DNA of 58,943 nt, filler included. It is 4 parts of 4 records of this genome, joined end to end, with 100 filler letters (N's around TTAATTAATTAA, not from the genome) between each part and the next. Parts side by side here need not be neighbours in the genome. Positions count along the whole stretch, not along the records: positions 1 to 15,979 come from DRR723986_15432; positions 16,080 to 34,941 come from DRR723986_15433; 2 more parts are not named here. The stretch is one strand, 5' to 3'. Position 1 is the first letter of the stretch. Each line of letters starts with the position of its first letter. The notes beneath the pieces were generated by a model that was given only the letters and a program-made list of their open reading frames with translations, did no database searches and was not told the DNA's origin. Below, in pieces: positions 7,469 to 17,257 of the stretch. A program made the position numbers and the translations under genes.

Positions 7469-10321
7469 GTGATACGTGAGCACGAAAAAGGCATGGCCTT
7501 TTTCGACAGGCATCCGACGACTTTCCGCATCGCATTCGCCATTTTTGCGATCGGTTTGACGTGCATTTCCACATTAAACGTCTATCGCAGCGCCACCGTT
7601 GCGACGGATGAGAATGTGTACGCATCACCGCCTTCGCACCTGTATATCGCCAAGCAGGTGCCCTCAGTTCAGCTGAACACCGAGCAGAGTTTTAGTAGCG
7701 ATTCGCAAAGAGACCCCGTCGTCGGCGATGTGCGCACCGGCGATCTGCTGCTTGCAATCGACAACCAGAATGTCTTTAGCCTTGCATCCGTGTTTGCACG
7801 GATTGAGCAGTCCAGCGATGACAGCGTGGAAGTTGACATCTTCCGCTTGAGTGCGCATAATGAGGCGCGCTTCCGCATTCATGTTGATGATTTTCCAGAA
7901 AACTTTGTCTACAATCTTGCACCTGTAGCGCATGTTGTTGAGGTAACCGAAGAAGGTGCCTCCGACAAAGCCGGTATGCAGCGTGGTGATCTGATACTGC
8001 GCGTTAACGGTCAAACTTTTGGTTCCGTTGTGGAGGCAGATCAAATTCTGCGTGATGCCAAGGTCGGCACCACGATAGAGTATGAAGTACTGCGCAACAA
8101 TCAGGTTTTAACGCTTGATGTCGAGATCGTCTCCTTTGGTCTTAACCTGGTATCCCTGATTCTGTTCCTGAGCGGCTTTCTGATCATGGTGATCGGAATG
8201 CTGTTCGGTTTTCTGCGCCCAACTTATGCTGGGGCCCGGCTTCTGTCTTTTGCATTCCTGCTGATTGGCTACTTCATAGCAACCTTCTTTATCAGGCCGT
8301 TCGCAAGTGACTACGAGTTCCTGCTGCGAATGCGCGACCTGGCCGTCACCTTGGCGCCATTCATCGGTTTGCCGCTGTGGATGCATGCCACGTATTTGTT
8401 TCCACATCGTCGCGCCGTTGGCCGTTGGCGTGTTCTCGTACCTTACCTGACAAGCGTCGCTACGCTGGGCACTGTCTTTTTACTGCTGAATATAGGCTCC
8501 AGCGTTGACGAAGTCATATTCCCGATTATGCTGGGTGTCCTGCTGCTCTTTAAGCTGGGTACCGACATTTTTGATGCCGTCAAGCGCGGTGGCGAGTTTG
8601 GCCTGGCGGAGCGCATGCTGGCCTACGGCTCTTATAGTTCTGTGGCACTCACGCTTGCCTTTGTTTTAATCGGTGTTTCCACCTTTGAAGACGTCTACCT
8701 GGGGCTGGCGGGCCTCTCCATTGCCTTGATGCCGCTGGCGCATGTATTTGTAGTTGTGCGTTTCCGCCTGCTGGACTTCTCCTGGAGTATGCGCCGCGGC
8801 ACGCAGTATCTGCTGCTGTCAAGCGTATGGAACGGCGGAGTGTTTGTGCTGCTGGTGACTGCCGTAGTGTATGTGGCAATGCTGGACATCAACGCGCCGA
8901 ATGTGCGGCTAAGCGGTGGTGACGTAGAAATCGTAAAAGGGCCGGTAGAGCAAGGACGCGTGCACGGTTTTGATACGCTGCTCAAAATGTGCATTGGCAT
9001 TGCCATGTTGGCGCTCATCTGGAATGTGCGTGGGCGTGTGCAGCGCCATATAGACCAAAAATTTCATCGCAGTCAGCTCGACTTCGGCAGTGCCGGTTCG
9101 CGTTTGACTGAGGTGCTGGTTACTAAACTTTCAGCGCGTGAGCTGGCGCATGAACTTGCAGTGCATCTAAGCGAAATCGTGCGTATTAAACGCATTGCAG
9201 TGGTGCTGATTCGCGATGGCAAAGTCAATTGTTATGGAATTCACGGGCTGGATGGTCCACTCTGGGATCAGTTCTGCCGCGAACATGCCGCGCGTTTTGT
9301 TAAGTCCGTCGGTCAACTGCGTACGGAATTTAACGTCGATATCTTGCCGCGTGTAGTTCGCGATGCGTTGCGTCCGCTGGAGCTGAATTACATCATCCCA
9401 ATGCGCAGCGACGACGTCGTGGTTGGCGCGGTATTCATTGGAGAGACGCTCGGTGAGCAGGCGCTGAGTTGGGATGAACTATCCTTCCTCAATTCTGCAG
9501 CGCGCCAGTCGGCACTCACAATTGAGAATGTGTTTTTGTACGACGATCTGGCCGGACAGGAACGCCTTAAACACGAGCTTTCAATCGCGCGCCGGATTCA
9601 GCTGGAATCACTGCCACAGAAAACGCCGTTGGTCTCCGGACTGGACATTGCCGGAATCTCCATCCCGGCGCTGGAAGTGGGCGGTGACTTCTACGAATAT
9701 TTGAGCCGCGCCGAAGACCCGCGCGAAATTTCAATCGCAATTGGTGATGTCAGCGGTAAAGGAACCTCCGCCGCGCTCTACATGGCCAAGGTGCAAGGCA
9801 TTCTGCGAACGCTCTACGACTCATGTACCGAGCCACGCGCAATCCTGGCACACCTCAACCGCCTGCTTATCAGAGATATGGCGCGTGACTCTTTTATCAC
9901 TGCGACTGTGGCACGTATTGATGCCGATACAATGCAGATGCGTATGGCACGTGCCGGACACGTGCCACTGTTCCACCTGCATGCAGCTACAGGCAAGATT
10001 AGCCAGTCTGCGCCGCAGGGGCCCGGCCTGGGACTCGTGCGCGGAGATACCTTCGTCGACATGGTCGATCAGGTCGATTTCCAGCTGCACTCCGGTGATA
10101 TCCTCGTGTTTATGACCGATGGAATTATTGAAGCGCGCGGGGCTTTGGCCGACGAGTTTGGCGCCGGCGAGCTGCGCGAAATGTTACGCGGCATGGAACA
10201 TGAAAGTGCGCATTATATTCGCGATAGAATTATCACGTCCATCCAGAATATGGCCCAGGGCGACGAGCAGTTGGATGACCAGACACTCGTAATTGTCAAA
10301 GTCCGCGTACAGCGCAAATGA
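7469..10321 (+). CDS. Membrane PP2C/SpoIIE-type phosphatase with two PDZ-like domains, multi-TM region and GAF
   Basis: PDZ-like segments (GDVRTGDLLLAIDN; GASDKAGMQRGDLILRVNG), many TMs, GAF-like region, and SpoIIE motifs VGGDFY, IGDVSGKG, RAGH, MTDGIIE, DDQT. Confidence 0.9.
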   Translation: MIREHEKGMAFFDRHPTTFRIAFAIFAIGLTCISTLNVYRSATVATDENVYASPPSHLYIAKQVPSVQLNTEQSFSSDSQRDPVVGDVRTGDLLLAIDNQNVFSLASVFARIEQSSDDSVEVDIFRLSAHNEARFRIHVDDFPENFVYNLAPVAHVVEVTEEGASDKAGMQRGDLILRVNGQTFGSVVEADQILRDAKVGTTIEYEVLRNNQVLTLDVEIVSFGLNLVSLILFLSGFLIMVIGMLFGFLRPTYAGARLLSFAFLLIGYFIATFFIRPFASDYEFLLRMRDLAVTLAPFIGLPLWMHATYLFPHRRAVGRWRVLVPYLTSVATLGTVFLLLNIGSSVDEVIFPIMLGVLLLFKLGTDIFDAVKRGGEFGLAERMLAYGSYSSVALTLAFVLIGVSTFEDVYLGLAGLSIALMPLAHVFVVVRFRLLDFSWSMRRGTQYLLLSSVWNGGVFVLLVTAVVYVAMLDINAPNVRLSGGDVEIVKGPVEQGRVHGFDTLLKMCIGIAMLALIWNVRGRVQRHIDQKFHRSQLDFGSAGSRLTEVLVTKLSARELAHELAVHLSEIVRIKRIAVVLIRDGKVNCYGIHGLDGPLWDQFCREHAARFVKSVGQLRTEFNVDILPRVVRDALRPLELNYIIPMRSDDVVVGAVFIGETLGEQALSWDELSFLNSAARQSALTIENVFLYDDLAGQERLKHELSIARRIQLESLPQKTPLVSGLDIAGISIPALEVGGDFYEYLSRAEDPREISIAIGDVSGKGTSAALYMAKVQGILRTLYDSCTEPRAILAHLNRLLIRDMARDSFITATVARIDADTMQMRMARAGHVPLFHLHAATGKISQSAPQGPGLGLVRGDTFVDMVDQVDFQLHSGDILVFMTDGIIEARGALADEFGAGELREMLRGMEHESAHYIRDRIITSIQNMAQGDEQLDDQTLVIVKVRVQRK

Positions 10322-10376
10322 CGGCTCCGGACTGCAAGCAGCACTATCACAAATCAAAATTTCACAGCGATAAGCC

Positions 10377-11078
10377 ATGAGCAAACCCAACCTGATTCTC
10401 CTGCATGGCGCTCTGGGAGCGCATGATCAATTCGGTCCCCTCAGTCAGGCCCTCACAGATGACTTTGAGATTCACAGCTTTAGTTTCAGCGGTCACGGAG
10501 CGCGGCCGCTGGACGGCAAGGCATTCCGCATGGCCACCTTTGTGCAGGATCTGCATGCCTACCTGCAGGAACATTCAATCAACGCGGCCAATGTTTTTGG
10601 CTACAGCATGGGCGGTTATGCCGCCACGGAGTTGGCGCTGGTGCACCCCGAGCTATTCAGCGGAATCATGACGCTCGGCAGCAAGTTCGAATGGTCGCCC
10701 GAAATCGCTGCGCGTGAAGCCCGCGGCCTCAATCCAGCCAAAATTGCCGAGAAAGTGCCGGCCTTTGCCGCCATGCTTGCCAAACGCCACAGCGCCATGG
10801 GCTGGGAGAACCTGCTCATGGCAACCGCAGATATGATGCAGGATCTCGGTGCGGCGGACAATCGGATGACGCCTGAACGCGTCGCCGAGTTAACGACGCG
10901 AATGCGTTTTGCACGAGGCGACGGCGACCGAATGGTGTCACTGGAAGAAACAGTCAACATGTTCAAGGCTGTGCCGGGTGCAGAGCTGGAAATTATGCCG
11001 GGCACTCCACATCCGCTGGAGCAAGTCAATATCCAAGGCCTGAGCAATTCAATCCGCGATTTTTTTCTCACGTCCTAA
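10377..11078 (+). CDS. Alpha/beta-fold hydrolase
   Basis: LLHGALG oxyanion segment, GYSMGG nucleophile elbow, GDGD acid, C-terminal His (PGTPHP). Confidence 0.9.
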   Translation: MSKPNLILLHGALGAHDQFGPLSQALTDDFEIHSFSFSGHGARPLDGKAFRMATFVQDLHAYLQEHSINAANVFGYSMGGYAATELALVHPELFSGIMTLGSKFEWSPEIAAREARGLNPAKIAEKVPAFAAMLAKRHSAMGWENLLMATADMMQDLGAADNRMTPERVAELTTRMRFARGDGDRMVSLEETVNMFKAVPGAELEIMPGTPHPLEQVNIQGLSNSIRDFFLTS

Positions 11079-11093
11079 CCTGGAATCTGCCGG

Positions 11094-12176
11094 ATGGCTG
11101 ATACGCCCCGTTCTGCGTCACAATCGGATGCAGAAGATGCCAAGTGGTTTAACGACGCCAGTAGTGGCCAAAAGCTCAACCTTTCCGAAGTTCTGGTGCT
11201 GGCCGTTTCCTCGCGTGCGCTCTTTGACCTGAACCACGAGAATTCAATTTTTGAACAAAAGGGCGAAGCCGAATACGCGCGCTACCAGCAGGAGAACGAA
11301 GACAAAATTCTGGCGCCCGGGGTTGGATTCTCGCTGATCAAAGCTTTCCTGCGCCTCAACGAACTGGCGCATGGCAAACGCGTGACCGAAGTTCTGATCG
11401 TCTCGCGCAACAATGCCGACGCCGGCATCCGCATCTTCAATTCAGTGGAACACTACGGAATGGACGTCACCCGCGCAGCATTTACCTCCGGTGAATCAAT
11501 AGCGCGTTACCTGGATGCCTATCACGTTGACCTGTTTCTATCGGCCTATGAGGACGATGTGGCCGGCGCAGTCGAATCCGGCATTGCCGCAGGGCTTGTG
11601 TATGATTCAGCTGCAAATCCCGACGGCTCAATCGATCAGATTCGAATTGCCTTTGACGGTGACTCCGTCCTGTTCTCCGATGAAGCCGATCAGATTTATC
11701 GCTCGCGCGGCCTGGATGCATTCCAGGCGCATGAACGCGAAAATGCGGACCTGCCGCTGCCCGAAGGACCATTCGCCAAATTTCTCAAGACGCTCTCGTT
11801 CCTGCAGCGTCAGTTTGATTCCGCGCCTTCACCCATCCGCACGGCTCTGGTAACGGCGCGCAACAGCCCGGCGCATGAACGTGTGATTCGCACACTGCGC
11901 GACTGGGGTGTGCATATCGACGAAGCCTTTTTTCTGGGTGGCCTACCCAAAAACCGCGTGCTCGACGCCTTCAGGCCGCACATCTTTTTTGACGACCAGG
12001 ACTTCCACTGTAAAGCCGCGGCGGGAACCGTCCCCACGGCGCGCGTGCCACTTAAACAACAAGCGGCGGATGCAGAACTCTCGAATGGAAGGCCCGCGTC
12101 CGACACAAATGCTGGAAGTTTAAATGCTGACGGACAGACGCCGGCATCATCGGATTCTGCAACGGTGGACACATGA
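11094..12176 (+). CDS. 5'-nucleotidase (cytosolic cN-I-like, HAD fold)
   Basis: Family motifs VSSRALFDL, IRIAFDGDSVLFSDE, LVTARNSPAHERV, PHIFFDDQ. Confidence 0.92.
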   Translation: MADTPRSASQSDAEDAKWFNDASSGQKLNLSEVLVLAVSSRALFDLNHENSIFEQKGEAEYARYQQENEDKILAPGVGFSLIKAFLRLNELAHGKRVTEVLIVSRNNADAGIRIFNSVEHYGMDVTRAAFTSGESIARYLDAYHVDLFLSAYEDDVAGAVESGIAAGLVYDSAANPDGSIDQIRIAFDGDSVLFSDEADQIYRSRGLDAFQAHERENADLPLPEGPFAKFLKTLSFLQRQFDSAPSPIRTALVTARNSPAHERVIRTLRDWGVHIDEAFFLGGLPKNRVLDAFRPHIFFDDQDFHCKAAAGTVPTARVPLKQQAADAELSNGRPASDTNAGSLNADGQTPASSDSATVDT

Positions 12177-13525
12177 GTGAAAAAAGCAAGCCGGAAACTG
12201 CAAGTGAAGGGCGAAGCGCTGCAGCCGCCACGCTCGTGAGCGGCGTTCAAAAAGTCCGTCAGATTATGCCTAATAAATTCGTTCCTAAATTTGTTGCCAA
12301 TTTAATGGCACTCGCAATTGTTGTTGCGGCCACATTGTTAAGTTCGGGACAAAATCACCTGCAGGCGCAGGCGCTGTCGGATGAAGTGCGGATTTCCTTG
12401 TACACGATGATGCCCGGCAATCAGATTCACTCGATGTTTGGGCATAGCGCTTTTGGGATTTATGATCCGGTTAACAAAATTGATAGAATTTATAATTACG
12501 GCACCTTTGATTTTGGCGAGCCCGGTTTTGTGTGGAAGTTTGTGCGGCGTGAGCTGGACTATAAATTGTCAATTATCACACGCGAGCGCATGCTGCAGGA
12601 ATACCGCTACGAAGACCGCCCGGTGATTGAGCAGGAGCTGAATCTACCGACCTGGGCGCGCGAAAGTTTGTTTGTGTTCCTGGAAACAAATTATCTGCCG
12701 GAAAACCGCTACTATCGCTACGATTTTCTGTTCGACAACTGCTCCACGCGCCTGCGCGACGCCCTGCAGTCCGTGCTTGAAGACGACCTGGAGTTTAAGG
12801 CCGGACTGGCTGCCGACTCAAGCTACCGCCAGCTATTGGACGGATATGTGATTGACCGCCCCGGAATTGACTGGGGATTTGATATCGGCCTGGGACTGCC
12901 CACGGATGACATTGCCGGAACACATGGCGCCCAATTTCTGCCCGATTATTTAATGATGGCGTTTGACGAAGCAACTGTTAATGTTAACGGTGTTAAACAA
13001 CCGCTGGTCCGTTCCAAGCAGCGTTTATTTGAATATCGCAAACCACGTAATCTGGCCAATGAACTGGGCTTTTTATTGTGGCCCGCCTGGATGGTTGTTG
13101 GCTTAACACTTTTGTGGAGCCTCATCTCAATTCGTCAGCTGCGCAAGGAAACATATACCTGGCGACGCGCTCCAATTGACGGCCTGATTTTTGGCATTAC
13201 GGGGCTGCTCGGCGTCCTGGTATTTTTCCTTTGGTTCTTTACCGAGCATGCTGTAACCAAAACAAATCTTAACTTGCTCTGGGCGATGCCGTCACATTTG
13301 TTGTTGGCCGTGTGGCTGCTGCGCAAAAACGCCGCTCCACTGCTGTTGACGTATTTGCGGGCCACGTGTGCCGTGCTAGTGTTGACGCTGCTTGCGCTGC
13401 CATTTTTGCCGCAGGTATTTCATCCCGTCAGCGTCGCTTGTATGCTGATTCTGCTGATTCGTGCAGCCACTTTGTGGTACAGATCAGCGGCTGCCGGCAG
13501 TTCCGTTCCCGCTCCCAAAGCCTGA
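12173..13525 (+). CDS. DUF4105 protein, lipoprotein N-acyltransferase Lnb-like
   Basis: FGHSA, YNYGTFDF and YRYDFLFDNCSTR (His/Cys motifs of DUF4105), followed by a C-terminal multi-TM region. Confidence 0.82.
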   Translation: MSEKSKPETASEGRSAAAATLVSGVQKVRQIMPNKFVPKFVANLMALAIVVAATLLSSGQNHLQAQALSDEVRISLYTMMPGNQIHSMFGHSAFGIYDPVNKIDRIYNYGTFDFGEPGFVWKFVRRELDYKLSIITRERMLQEYRYEDRPVIEQELNLPTWARESLFVFLETNYLPENRYYRYDFLFDNCSTRLRDALQSVLEDDLEFKAGLAADSSYRQLLDGYVIDRPGIDWGFDIGLGLPTDDIAGTHGAQFLPDYLMMAFDEATVNVNGVKQPLVRSKQRLFEYRKPRNLANELGFLLWPAWMVVGLTLLWSLISIRQLRKETYTWRRAPIDGLIFGITGLLGVLVFFLWFFTEHAVTKTNLNLLWAMPSHLLLAVWLLRKNAAPLLLTYLRATCAVLVLTLLALPFLPQVFHPVSVACMLILLIRAATLWYRSAAAGSSVPAPKA

Positions 13526-13675
13526 AGTGTGCATTTGGATTGTCGCTTGTACGCGCGCATCCGGAGTCCGGACGATCGAAATTTTGACAGTGTTCCGCGC
13601 CTGAAAAACGGGCTGCAGCACACGCTTTTCTCCCGAAGTAACAAGCGACGAATGCATATGCCGCTCCAACATACA

Positions 13676-14911
13676 ATGAACAGTTTGTGTGTGATTCTGT
13701 TAACGATTCTGTTAACAGTTACTCTTCTTGCCTGCAGTAGCGGCACAGAGGAAGCAGTTGATGAAACTCCGGCCGCCGAACAGGTGGAAAGTCTCACGGG
13801 CGCGGCGCGTTATGCCGGGGTTCAGGCCTGCGAGGCCTGCCACAAGGAAATTTACGACGACTATATTCAGACTTCACATTTTCATTCCTCAGCACATGCC
13901 AACCTGGAGAGCATCCACGGCAGTTTTGAGGAAGGTCGGCACATTTACCAGGGAGCTGAAGAACGTCGTTTTGTGATGATGACTTCACGCGAAGGTCGCC
14001 CGTATCAGGCTGAAGAGCGCAAGCAGCGCGACTATTGGCTGCGTAATGAGGCGCATGCTTTTGACATCGTAATTGGTTCCGGCAAAAAAGGCCAGACCTA
14101 TCTTTTCTGGGCCGATAGTTTACTGTTCCAGCTGCCGATTTCTTACAATGTTGCCGCCGATACCTGGATTTTAAGTCCTGGATATACGGACGAAATGGCC
14201 AATTTCCGTCGTCCTGTTGGCCCGCGCTGTATCGAGTGCCACGGTTCCTACCTGGAGCCGATGGAGTCGCGCTTTAAGGTTGGCAATATGTACGATCGTT
14301 CGACGCTGCAGCTGGGTATTTCCTGCGAGAAGTGTCACGGGCCGTCGGCTGAGCATGTTAACTTCCACACGCAAAATCCGCAGGAAACGGTCGCCAAACA
14401 CGTTGTTAATCCGCCGCAGATGAGCCGCGAGCGCCAGCTGGATGTTTGCGCGCTGTGTCACTCCGGGCACCACACACCGATTAAACCAACCTTTGCCTAC
14501 GAAGCCGGCGATATTCTGGATAGTTTCCTCGTGCAGGAGCCTTTTGACCCAACGGCGGAAATTGACGTGCACGGCAACCAGGTGGGAATGTTTAAACAAA
14601 GCAAATGTTTCCAGCAGACCGACGATATGACCTGTACAACCTGCCACGACATGCACTCAAATGAGGTTGGCAAAACCGAAGTTTTCTCGCAGCGTTGTAT
14701 GTCCTGCCACACGGTCGATATGTGTGATATGACGCCGCAAATTGGCGCTGAGCTGGCCTCCAGCAACTGTATTGACTGCCATATGCCCAACGGAAAAAGT
14801 GAGGCGCTGGTGATGCAGGTTGGCAAGGATATGACGGGACTGGTCGTGCGTTCGCATACTGTTGGAATTTATCCCGAAGCGACGGCCGAGTTTCTGAAGG
14901 CGCACAAATAA
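13676..14911 (+). CDS. Multiheme c-type cytochrome lipoprotein (7 CxxCH)
   Basis: CEACH, CIECH, CEKCH, CALCH, CTTCH, CMSCH, CIDCH. ATG 13676 gives a signal peptide with lipobox LLAC. Confidence 0.9.
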   Translation: MNSLCVILLTILLTVTLLACSSGTEEAVDETPAAEQVESLTGAARYAGVQACEACHKEIYDDYIQTSHFHSSAHANLESIHGSFEEGRHIYQGAEERRFVMMTSREGRPYQAEERKQRDYWLRNEAHAFDIVIGSGKKGQTYLFWADSLLFQLPISYNVAADTWILSPGYTDEMANFRRPVGPRCIECHGSYLEPMESRFKVGNMYDRSTLQLGISCEKCHGPSAEHVNFHTQNPQETVAKHVVNPPQMSRERQLDVCALCHSGHHTPIKPTFAYEAGDILDSFLVQEPFDPTAEIDVHGNQVGMFKQSKCFQQTDDMTCTTCHDMHSNEVGKTEVFSQRCMSCHTVDMCDMTPQIGAELASSNCIDCHMPNGKSEALVMQVGKDMTGLVVRSHTVGIYPEATAEFLKAHK

Positions 14912-15139
14912 TTGTTCGGCCTTGAGTGTACCTGACGTATTTATGCTGAACTCAGAGGCCGCCGCGCCCTTCCGCTTGCGCTACATGGCTAGCTCTTTTT
15001 TTCTCTTGTTAACATTTGAGTCTCAAGCCGCAAACCCTTGAGTCCGTCAGTCGCGCTGCGCGCCCGCAAGTCGGCCGGCCGACCAGAAATTTAACAGTTT
15101 AACACGCCTCCAAGACCAACATTCAGCAGCGAAGACAGT

Positions 15140-15676
15140 ATGAAATTCTCAGTGTATATAGCTACCAGCCTTGACGGATACATCGCCCGCGCCGATGGAG
15201 ATATTGACTGGCTCCACAATCCAGCCTACGAGATGGAGGGCGAGGATTTTGGATTTTACGAATTCATGGATTCGGTTGACGTGCTGGTGATGGGGCGCAA
15301 GACCTACGAAAAAGTCCAGAGTTTTGGAATCGAATGGCCCTACGGCGAAAAACCGGTAGTTGTGCTCAGCAGCCAAGGTGTTGAGATTCCTGAGAAGATT
15401 TCAAAAACGGTCACACAATTTTCAGGCACTACCGCCGAAGTTGTTAAACACCTGGAAGCGCGTGGATTCACACATGCCTATCTTGACGGCGGCAATTTGA
15501 TTCAGAGTTTTCTGCGTGATGGTTTAGTTAACGAAATGCAGATTACAAGTATTCCGATTTTGTTGGGCAGCGGCATCAGTCTCTTTGGTGAATTGCAGCA
15601 GGATATTGCTGTGGAGTTGATCACCTCAGCGGGTTATCGCAATGGATTTGTGATGTCGCATTATCGGCTCGTGTGA
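15140..15676 (+). CDS. Dihydrofolate reductase-like / RibD C-terminal domain protein
   Basis: IATSLDGYIA, VMGRKTYE, YLDGG, IPILLGSGISLF. Confidence 0.92.
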   Translation: MKFSVYIATSLDGYIARADGDIDWLHNPAYEMEGEDFGFYEFMDSVDVLVMGRKTYEKVQSFGIEWPYGEKPVVVLSSQGVEIPEKISKTVTQFSGTTAEVVKHLEARGFTHAYLDGGNLIQSFLRDGLVNEMQITSIPILLGSGISLFGELQQDIAVELITSAGYRNGFVMSHYRLV

Positions 15677-15803
15677 TTGTGGGGCAGGACGAGGCTTGAG
15701 TGGTCAGCTTGCGGTGTCAGATTGATTGTTAGGGGCTGTTCAGGCAGCTACGGAAGTGGCGTAATTAATAGGCGAAGGTAACTGGAATGTTATGGGCGAA
15801 TTT

Positions 15804-15979
15804 GGGTGATTGCTCGGAATTTTAGGCAACTTTTCGTCAATTGAAGATAAATTTGAGAAGCAAGCCACAAAATCTGAGTGGCTGATAATTTTAGTTGAGC
15901 GGGAAGATAATCAAGAAAATCGCTCAAAATTCTACGATTAAATATTTTTGCTACCGGGTCGAGCCCTTAGGGCTCGACC
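15804..15979. repeat. Dispersed repeat copy 1, ending in palindrome CTACCGGGTCGAGCCCTTAGGGCTCGACC at contig end
   Basis: The last 29 nt (15951-15979) are identical to 52878-52906. Upstream blocks GGGTGAT, GCAACTTT, TGAAGAT and CTGAGTGGCT are shared in the same order. Confidence 0.85.
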
Positions 15980-16079
15980 NNNNNNNNNNNNNNNNNNNNN
16001 NNNNNNNNNNNNNNNNNNNNNNNTTAATTAATTAANNNNNNNNNNNNNNNNNNNNNNNNNNNNNNNNNNNNNNNNNNNN
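15980..16079. other. Artificial contig spacer (N44-TTAATTAATTAA-N44)
   Basis: 100-bp N run with a six-frame stop linker, identical at three places in the window. Confidence 0.99.
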
Positions 16080-16271
16080 GATGCGCGCAATTGTATCCCG
16101 TTCGAACGGCAGGTTTTTTTCAACGCTGCGCTGGCCACAGGCATTGAAATACACCTCATTGCCACCCTGTTTGACCAACACCGAACTGCCAGCATATTTT
16201 CGTTTATCGATATAGGTTTGCATCCAGCTGCCTATGCGATCCAGCCGGTTTGCGTTGAAATGTGCGGTCAT
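16080..16271 (-). CDS. Serine hydrolase / beta-lactamase-like family protein, N-terminal fragment (cut by gap)
   Basis: RLDRIGSWMQTYIDKRKYAGSSVLVKQGGNEVY..G..PFERDTIARI, the segment that normally precedes SxxK in this family. Confidence 0.75.
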
Positions 16272-16325
16272 AAAAATCACCCTTTGAATGCGTTTTGAAT
16301 TGGTCAACGAAAGCCTGATCTGCTG

Positions 16326-17075
16326 CTACCCAATCATACGCTGCATCGCTGATTTGGTTTCATCGCTGAACCAACCAGTGTCGGGGGTATGAGCGGCGTC
16401 TTTCATTGCACGTTCAATCAGAGTGATTGTTTCACCTCGGATCTGATGTTTGATCGAAGCATATGTATTTGGTGGGTTTTTTCCCATCTTTCGAGCTTCT
16501 ACGATAGCTCTTTCCGTTGGCGTTTCGTCCAAAACATCAACGATACCGGCCCGATATGCTGTTTCAGCATCAATTGGAAAACCAGTCAACATGAGACGCC
16601 GCAGCATGTTAGCGTCCAAAGTTGCACGGGCAATTTCCAATGGGCCAACTGGAAAGTCTGCGCCAACGCGGACTTCGGCGAGGCCGAATGACGCCTTTGA
16701 ATTGGAGACGCGCAAGTCGCTTGCCAAGACAAAGAACAATCCCCCGGCAATAGCCGCCCCGTTAACCGCACAAACCGTCGGCTTGGGACACTCGAACAGT
16801 TTTAGAAACCCAACATTTAACCCTTCGACAATCGCGTTTTGTTGGGTCAAATCGAATGCCTGCGCTTCGCGTAAATCAAGGCCAGCAGAGAAGACTTTGA
16901 AACCACTAGATATAATGATCGCACGAACTGTTTCGTCTTGGCCCAAATCTTCGATCTCCGCAGCGAAATCCATCAAAAATGATGCGCTTAGCGCGTTTAC
17001 CGGGGCGCGTCCTAGAACCAACTCGATCACACCATCGCCGTGATCTTTGCGCGTCAAGTCTGCTCGTGATGTCAT
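16326..17075 (-). CDS. Enoyl-CoA hydratase/isomerase family protein
   Basis: FSAGLDL, AVNGAAIAGG, FGLAEVRVG. ATG 17075 has a GGAGGA RBS. Confidence 0.92.
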   Translation of the reverse strand: MTSRADLTRKDHGDGVIELVLGRAPVNALSASFLMDFAAEIEDLGQDETVRAIIISSGFKVFSAGLDLREAQAFDLTQQNAIVEGLNVGFLKLFECPKPTVCAVNGAAIAGGLFFVLASDLRVSNSKASFGLAEVRVGADFPVGPLEIARATLDANMLRRLMLTGFPIDAETAYRAGIVDVLDETPTERAIVEARKMGKNPPNTYASIKHQIRGETITLIERAMKDAAHTPDTGWFSDETKSAMQRMIG

Positions 17076-17257
17076 GTTTTTCTCCTCCGTTCCGGAACAG
17101 TAGCGGCCCAAATTGATCTGCGTCGAGAGCTTATAGAAGGGAAACCAATATAACCTTGGGTCGTAACGTCGTTTTGGCATACGTTGACAGAGTTTTACTG
17201 ACCTCTTTACGCTCGGACGCAGCCAACTCGCGATCTGTTGATACCCCCGGAGGACTA

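Noticed and set aside
16024..16035. TTAATTAATTAA as a biological motif (also at 34986 and 52952)
   Set aside because: Six-frame stop linker centred in N runs; a concatenation artifact.
15140..17075. Functional links between genes on either side of the N gaps
   Set aside because: The contigs are unlinked and apparently come from different phyla.
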